Below, piece after piece: positions 40,515 to 44,723 of a stretch of 44,723 nucleotides of DNA (positions are counted from its first letter, which is position 1; each line of letters starts with the position of its first letter). The notes under the pieces are model-generated. The model searched no databases and was not told where the DNA came from. It worked only from the letters and a program-made list of their open reading frames with translations. A program made the translations under genes and the position numbers. The stretch is from Actinomycetota bacterium (lineage in GTDB: Bacteria > Actinomycetota > Thermoleophilia > Gaiellales > Gaiellaceae). The DNA is taken from the NCBI GenBank assembly GCA_005884155.1, contig VAXD01000042.1, positions 42,060-86,782 of the forward strand. The letters run 5' to 3'.

Positions 40515-40697
40515 TGCCTGGCTGTCGTCCCCCGTTCGGGGGATTCCAAGCGGAAAACCACCCCTTTCGGCTGGCTCGACCTAGTCGAGCAGCGTGGGCC
40601 GCCTGCACCCGTGCTGCAGAAACTTTGGGACTAGACCGGGGACGGGAAGGCGGCGTGCCTTCCGATCCGGCCAGACTGGGATGAGGGGAGAGAACCG

Positions 40698-41804
40698 ATG
40701 GTGAAACGGAATTGGTTGCTGGTCGTGGTCGGCTTGACGGTCCTGCTGGTCACGTCGACCGCGCTCGGAGGCTCGGTCAACAAACACAAGCGATTTCAGC
40801 GCACGTTCGTGTGCGTCAACCTGCACAACGGACTGATCAAGGTCATCTCGCGTCGCCAGAACAACCGGTGCGAGCCGGGTTGGAGGCGCTACCACGTCTA
40901 CGACCTCTTCGGCAGGGCACGTCGAGGCGCCCGTGGAGCGCCAGGCGCTCCCGGCCCGCAGGGGCCGCAGGGCCCCGTAGGTCCTGGCGGTCCTGCCGGT
41001 CCTGCCGGCCCGATGGGCCCCGCAGGTCCGCAGGGTCAGCCCGGCTCGCCCGGCGAAGATGGCCCGATGGGTCCGATAGGCCCGCAGGGGCCAGCCGGTC
41101 AGGACGGCGCGACCGGCGCAACCGGTGCGACTGGCGCAACCGGAGCGCAGGGTGCCCAAGGCCCGCAGGGCGTACAGGGCCAGGACGGAGCCGACGGCCA
41201 GAACGGAGCCGACGGCCAGGACGGTGCGGCCGGAGCAACCGGTGCGACCGGAGCGACGGGCGCAACCGGAGCGACCGGAGCACAGGGTGTCCAAGGCCCG
41301 CCAGGTGCACAGGGCCCGATCGGCCCGCAGGGGCTGCCCGGCCAGGACGGCGCACCCGGCGCACAGGGCCCGCAGGGGCTTCCTGGGCAGGACGGAGCCG
41401 ACGGCCAGGACGGTGCCAATGGTCAGGATGGGGCCCGGGGCGCGACCGGCGCAGCCGGAGCGCAGGGTCCCGCCGGAGCGCAGGGCCCGGTGGGCCCGGC
41501 CGGACCAGCCGGGCCGCAGGGTCCCGCGGGAGCCAATGGCCAGCGCGGCGCGACCGGCCCGGTGGGGCCGCAAGGGCCCGCAGGGCTCGACGGCGGCGCG
41601 ATCATCACGGTCGAGGCAGACGGCGTCAGCGGTCAGAAGACCACGACCGTGCACTGTCCCACCGGCAAGTTCGCGCTCAGCGGCGGGTTCTCCGCCCAGG
41701 GCTCGGTGACCGAGAGCTACCGGCTCACGGACGGCACCGGCTGGGTGGTCACGCAGTCCAGCGGCAACACCGACAGCCTCAAGGTGTTCGTGTACTGCGC
41801 GTAA
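40698..41804 (+). CDS. Bacterial collagen-like triple-helix repeat protein with N-terminal anchor and small Cys-containing C-terminal domain
   Basis: 368 aa. ATG preceded by GAGGGGAGAG. A TM or signal segment ([20 protein letters not shown]) is followed by a ~50-residue region with 2 Cys. Then come 74 uninterrupted Gly-X-Y triplets (res 77-298) and a ~70-residue C-terminal domain ([17 protein letters not shown]...LKVFVYCA). Confidence 0.85.
   Translation: MVKRNWLLVVVGLTVLLVTSTALGGSVNKHKRFQRTFVCVNLHNGLIKVISRRQNNRCEPGWRRYHVYDLFGRARRGARGAPGAPGPQGPQGPVGPGGPAGPAGPMGPAGPQGQPGSPGEDGPMGPIGPQGPAGQDGATGATGATGATGAQGAQGPQGVQGQDGADGQNGADGQDGAAGATGATGATGATGATGAQGVQGPPGAQGPIGPQGLPGQDGAPGAQGPQGLPGQDGADGQDGANGQDGARGATGAAGAQGPAGAQGPVGPAGPAGPQGPAGANGQRGATGPVGPQGPAGLDGGAIITVEADGVSGQKTTTVHCPTGKFALSGGFSAQGSVTESYRLTDGTGWVVTQSSGNTDSLKVFVYCA
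40926..41594 (+). repeat. 9-nt-periodic coding repeat tract (Gly-X-Y)n with long exact internal direct repeats
   Basis: 74 consecutive GXY codon triplets, including runs of GAT x4 and GAT x5. The exact 25-nt repeat acggagccgacggccaggacggtgc occurs at 41203-41227 and 41392-41416, which is 189 nt (63 codons) apart and in frame. Confidence 0.85.
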
Positions 41805-41826
41805 GCGAAGACCGTACGAGCGATCC

Positions 41827-41854
41827 GAAGGGGCCGGTCTCGACCGGCCCCTTC
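41827..41854. terminator. Bidirectional GC hairpin between the convergent collagen-like gene and rpoZ
   Basis: gaaggggccggtc-tc-gaccggccccttc has 13-nt complementary arms, giving an effective stem of about 11-12 bp. It lies 22 nt after the collagen-like stop and 31 nt after the rpoZ stop. No U-tract is present on either strand. Confidence 0.6.
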
Positions 41855-41885
41855 GTCATTCAGAAGCCGGCCTGCGGACGCGAAG

Positions 41886-42116
41886 CTACTTGGGATACGT
41901 GTACTTGATTTTGCCCTCGCTGATTTCCTCGAGGGACATCGTCAAGTAGTTCTTCGAGCGCGACTCCACGAGCGGGGGCAGAAACTGGTCGAACGTGCCC
42001 TCGCCGAGCTGGTGGTGGTAGTTGTTGATCTGCCGGGCACGCTTCGCCGCGACGATCACCAGCGCATAGCGGGAATCGACGTTCTCGAGCAATTCGTCAA
42101 CGCGGGGATGGATCAC
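41886..42116 (-). CDS. rpoZ: DNA-directed RNA polymerase subunit omega
   Basis: 76 aa with LLENVDSRYALVIVAAKRARQIN typical of omega. The position downstream of gmk supports the call. Confidence 0.92.
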   Translation of the reverse strand: MIHPRVDELLENVDSRYALVIVAAKRARQINNYHHQLGEGTFDQFLPPLVESRSKNYLTMSLEEISEGKIKYTYPK

Positions 42117-42717
42117 GGGCGGGAATGCTACCTGCCCGCTCCAAATGGCCGAGGACGATCTCCTCGAGCTCTGCGAAAGCCCGCTCGAGGTCGTCGTTGA
42201 CGATGCGGTGGTCGAACTCGGACTCGAGCTCCAACTGGCGTTCTGCGATCGCGAGCCGCTGGTCGATCTCGCCCTCGCTCTCGGTCGCTCGTGAGCGCAG
42301 GCGCTGCTCGAGCGCCTCCTTGCTCGGCGCGGTCACGAAGATCGTCACCGATCCCGGTACGCGATCGCGCACGGCCAGCGCTCCGCCGGTCTCGATCTCG
42401 AGCAGCGGCGAGCGTCCCTCGGAGCGGATCCGCTCGAGCTCCGAGAGCAGTGTCCCGGAGCGGTAGCCCGGCCCCCACGGAAGCTTCACCCACTCGAGGA
42501 AGTCGTCCTCGGCGAGCCTGCGGTCGAACTCCTCCTCGGAGATGAACCAGTAGTCGCGGCCGTCCACCTCGCCGGGCCGCTGAGGCCTGGTGGTGGCGGA
42601 GACGGCGAGCTCGAGCTGCGGCACACGTTGTACAAGCCTCCGCGCAAGCGTGCTCTTCCCTTCGCCGGAAGTCCCGGTGACTACGAAGACCGGCGACTTA
42701 GCGGTGGAAGAGGCCAA
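42097..42717 (-). CDS. gmk: Guanylate kinase
   Basis: 206 aa with the P-loop VVTGTSGEGKST, the motif SATTRPQRPGEVDGRDYWF and typical Gmk length and order. Confidence 0.9.
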   Translation of the reverse strand: MASSTAKSPVFVVTGTSGEGKSTLARRLVQRVPQLELAVSATTRPQRPGEVDGRDYWFISEEEFDRRLAEDDFLEWVKLPWGPGYRSGTLLSELERIRSEGRSPLLEIETGGALAVRDRVPGSVTIFVTAPSKEALEQRLRSRATESEGEIDQRLAIAERQLELESEFDHRIVNDDLERAFAELEEIVLGHLERAGSIPARDPSPR

Positions 42718-43063
42718 TCAGCTCCGTCCGCTGCCGGTCGGAGAGCCCGCCCACGGTCTTGGACTGGCTGATGCGGCACTGGTTCAGGAAGCGAGCCGCC
42801 TTGACGCGGCCGAACTTCGGAACGGCCATCAGCATGTCGAAGACCTTCGCGGTCGAGACGTACTCGGGCGGGTCGCTGAGGATCTCTTCGATCTTCGCGT
42901 CCCCAGACTTCAGGTCCTTCTTCAGCTGCGCGCGCCGGACGCGGATGTCGTTCGCCCGCTTGAGAGCTTCCATCCGTTGGTCCAGAGAACGCAGTGGCGC
43001 CTGGGCCTGAGTCTTGAGCGCGGCCACGGCGGGGGATACTAACAAGCTCCCCGCCCTGGTCAA
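42698..43063 (-). CDS. mihF: Actinobacterial integration host factor (mIHF-like)
   Basis: 121-aa ORF whose TTG start overlaps the pyrD stop (TTGA). The C-terminal part MLMAVPKFGRVKAARFLNQCRISQSKTVGGLSDRQRTELIGLF resembles mIHF. GTG 43027 is an alternative start. Confidence 0.8.
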   Translation of the reverse strand: MTRAGSLLVSPAVAALKTQAQAPLRSLDQRMEALKRANDIRVRRAQLKKDLKSGDAKIEEILSDPPEYVSTAKVFDMLMAVPKFGRVKAARFLNQCRISQSKTVGGLSDRQRTELIGLFHR

Positions 43064-43989
43064 CCCGCCATGTTTAGGCCTGTATGCAGGTGTTTTTCAA
43101 GCCGTAGCCTCGACTCTGGGTCGAGGGTCGCGTCTCCCGCGCCGTGCGCGGCGCCGACCGCGTTGTCAGCCGTGGCAAAGCCGAAGGCCGCCAGCTCGGC
43201 CCCCAGCTCGGCCCTGATGCGGGCTGGCGCGCCCGGATCCGCGAAGAGCGCGGTGCCAATTGCGACGTCCGCGGCGCCGGCTGCGAGCAGCTCGAGCACG
43301 TCGCGCCCGCTGCTCACGCCGCCCATGCCGACGATCGGCAGGTCGGTCGCGCGGAAGCACGCGTAGACCGCCGCGAGCGCGATCGGCTTGAGCGCGGGAC
43401 CGGAGAGCCCGCCGATCGCTCGGGCCAGGACCGGCTGCAGGGTGCGCTCGTCGAGGGCCAGGCCCTTGACCGTGTTGACGAGGCTGAGCCCATCGGCGCC
43501 GGCCGCTTCGGCTGCGCGAGCGGTCTCCGCGACGTCGGCCGCGGGCGAGAGCTTCGCGTACAGCGGCTTCGTCGACGCGGCGCGCGCCGCGGCGACGACG
43601 TCCCCCACGTTCTCGGGCACCTCGTCGACGTTCGGGCAGGAGAGGTTGAGCTCGATCGCCGCGACCTCGTCCACGTTCAGCCGCTCGCAGGTCGCTGCGT
43701 AGTCCTCGGCGCAGAAGCCTCCGACCGAGACCCAGAACGGAACACCGAGCTCGGCGAGCCGCGGGAGCGTGTCGGCGATGAATCGCTCGCGCCCGGGGTT
43801 GGCGAGCCCGATCGCGTTCAGCATCCCGCCCTCGACCTCCGCGATCCTCGTCGGCGCGTTGCCCTCGCGCGGCAGCGGCGTGACGGTCTTCGTCACGAAG
43901 GCGTCGAGCTCACGCGCCACCTCAGGTGCGGTGAGCGCGTCGAGGCAACCGCTGGCGTTAAGCAGCCTCAAGGACCGGACCTTCCACAC
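43060..43989 (-). CDS. pyrD: Dihydroorotate dehydrogenase, class 1B catalytic subunit
   Basis: 309 aa with LLNASG, TVTPLPREGNAPTRIAE...MLNAIGLANPG, NLSCPN and GGVSSG motifs. It is paired with pyrK upstream. The N-terminus looks slightly short and the ORF overlaps the pyrK end by 32 nt. Confidence 0.9.
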   Translation of the reverse strand: MWKVRSLRLLNASGCLDALTAPEVARELDAFVTKTVTPLPREGNAPTRIAEVEGGMLNAIGLANPGRERFIADTLPRLAELGVPFWVSVGGFCAEDYAATCERLNVDEVAAIELNLSCPNVDEVPENVGDVVAAARAASTKPLYAKLSPAADVAETARAAEAAGADGLSLVNTVKGLALDERTLQPVLARAIGGLSGPALKPIALAAVYACFRATDLPIVGMGGVSSGRDVLELLAAGAADVAIGTALFADPGAPARIRAELGAELAAFGFATADNAVGAAHGAGDATLDPESRLRLEKHLHTGLNMAG

Positions 43990-44617
43990 AGAGGCGCTTC
44001 AGCTCACCGTCGATCTCGACCGCGCAGCCGTAGCAGGCGCCGTAGCCGCACGCCATCGGCGCTTCCCAGGCGAGCTGGGCGTGCGGCGTCAGGCGGCGGA
44101 CAGCCTCGAGCATCGGCGCCGGGCCACACGCGAGCACGTCGTGGCCGGGCGGCATCACCTCGGTCACGTACGTCGGCTCGATCACGACCTCGGCGTTCGG
44201 CACGAGCTCGCCCGCCTCGGCATGCCACGAGCTGCGGAAGCCGAGCACCGCCGGCGGATTCCCAAGCCGCTCGGAGAGGTACGGCAGCGGGGCGATCCCG
44301 ATCCCGCCGCCGACGAGCAGCGGCCGCTCGACGTCGAGCCGGAAGCCGTTGCCGAGTGGGCCGAGGATCGCGATCCGGTCTCCGGGCTCGAGCGAGCAGA
44401 GCGCGCGCGTGCCGGGCCCGATCGGGTCGATCAGGAAGCCGAGCTCGTTGCCGGCCGCGAGCGCGAGGCTCATCGGCCGCGGCAACAGCCGGCCCGGCGC
44501 TCCGAGCATGAAGAACTGTCCCGGGCTGCCGGGCTCGATCTCGCCGCGTTCGACTCGTAGCAGCGTGTACGGCCCGACCGGCTCCGTCTCGATGACGTTA
44601 CGCGTTTCGCGCCTCAT
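43958..44617 (-). CDS. pyrK: Dihydroorotate dehydrogenase electron transfer subunit
   Basis: Trimmed from ORF 43958..44689 to ATG 44617 (MRRETRNVIETEPVGPYTLL). It has an FAD/NAD-binding fold and the C-terminal 2Fe-2S motif CGYGACYGCAV......LCVEGPV. Confidence 0.88.
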   Translation of the reverse strand: MRRETRNVIETEPVGPYTLLRVERGEIEPGSPGQFFMLGAPGRLLPRPMSLALAAGNELGFLIDPIGPGTRALCSLEPGDRIAILGPLGNGFRLDVERPLLVGGGIGIAPLPYLSERLGNPPAVLGFRSSWHAEAGELVPNAEVVIEPTYVTEVMPPGHDVLACGPAPMLEAVRRLTPHAQLAWEAPMACGYGACYGCAVEIDGELKRLCVEGPVLEAA

Positions 44618-44723
44618 GCTCTTCCACCTAGGAGACGCCATCCTCGGCCGGCGGAGCCGGGCTTTGCCCGGCGGGAGCCAAGCGACCAAAGGCCTTGTCG
44701 AGCCGCAAAGGAGGGGGCCAACG

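Noticed and set aside
40473-40697. Possible c-di-GMP or other known riboswitch upstream of the collagen-like gene
   Set aside because: I compared it by eye with what I remember of the GEMM-I/II cores and other common riboswitches and found no convincing conserved core. It is kept only as an unclassified structured leader in the findings.
40926-41594. Regularly spaced short repeats that could be mistaken for a CRISPR array or a non-coding tandem repeat
   Set aside because: The periodicity is 9 nt and strictly in frame (Gly-X-Y codons) within a long ORF that has a signal sequence and terminal domains. There is no repeat-spacer architecture of 25-40 nt units. The alternative-frame ORFs 40581..41654, 40712..41908 and 40843..41364 are by-products of the repeat.
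39900-42000. Genomic island or mobile element carrying the cupredoxin and collagen-like genes
   Set aside because: No integrase, transposase, tRNA attachment site or terminal inverted or direct repeats are visible at the borders. It is reported only as a synteny break, not as a mobile element.

Overview
Very GC-rich (by eye about 70%) bacterial chromosomal segment, almost completely coding. I call 48 protein genes, 40 on the minus strand. Core synteny looks actinobacterial: BMP-type ABC importer; ftsK; rnj-dapA; dapB-M16 peptidase; pnp-rpsO; ribF-truB-nrnA-rbfA-DUF503-infB-ylxR-nusA-rimP; dtd; coaBC; rpoZ-gmk-mihF-pyrD-pyrK. Many adjacent genes share overlapping stop/start codons (GTGA, ATGA, TAGTG), which suggests translational coupling. 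Accessory genes sit between these blocks: a membrane HD-GYP protein with an odd C-terminal tail; a DsbA/DsbB-like pair; a cytoplasmic gamma-glutamyltransferase; a PadR plus small His/Arg/Gly-rich protein pair divergent from helD and an alpha/beta hydrolase; an ICMT-like methyltransferase; an orphan MshE/PilB-type ATPase; a coaBC-MoxR-DUF58-transglutaminase-nucleotidyltransferase-TPR operon; and a plus-strand cupredoxin plus collagen-like gene pair inserted between rpoZ and coaBC. I saw no rRNA, tRNA, CRISPR array, transposase, integrase or recognisable defence system, and I cannot point to a clear-cut novel multi-gene system. The best leads are: (1) the orphan secretion-type ATPase, which has an intact double MshEN c-di-GMP signature but Arg in place of the Walker A lysine; (2) the HD-GYP protein, which has substituted signature residues and a transketolase-C/E1-beta-like tail; (3) the cupredoxin/collagen-like insert that breaks the conserved rpoZ-coaBC junction; (4) the six-gene overlapped coaBC-to-TPR operon; (5) a BdbC/DsbB-like gene split across two reading frames. 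All family assignments come from reading motifs by eye; no searches were run.
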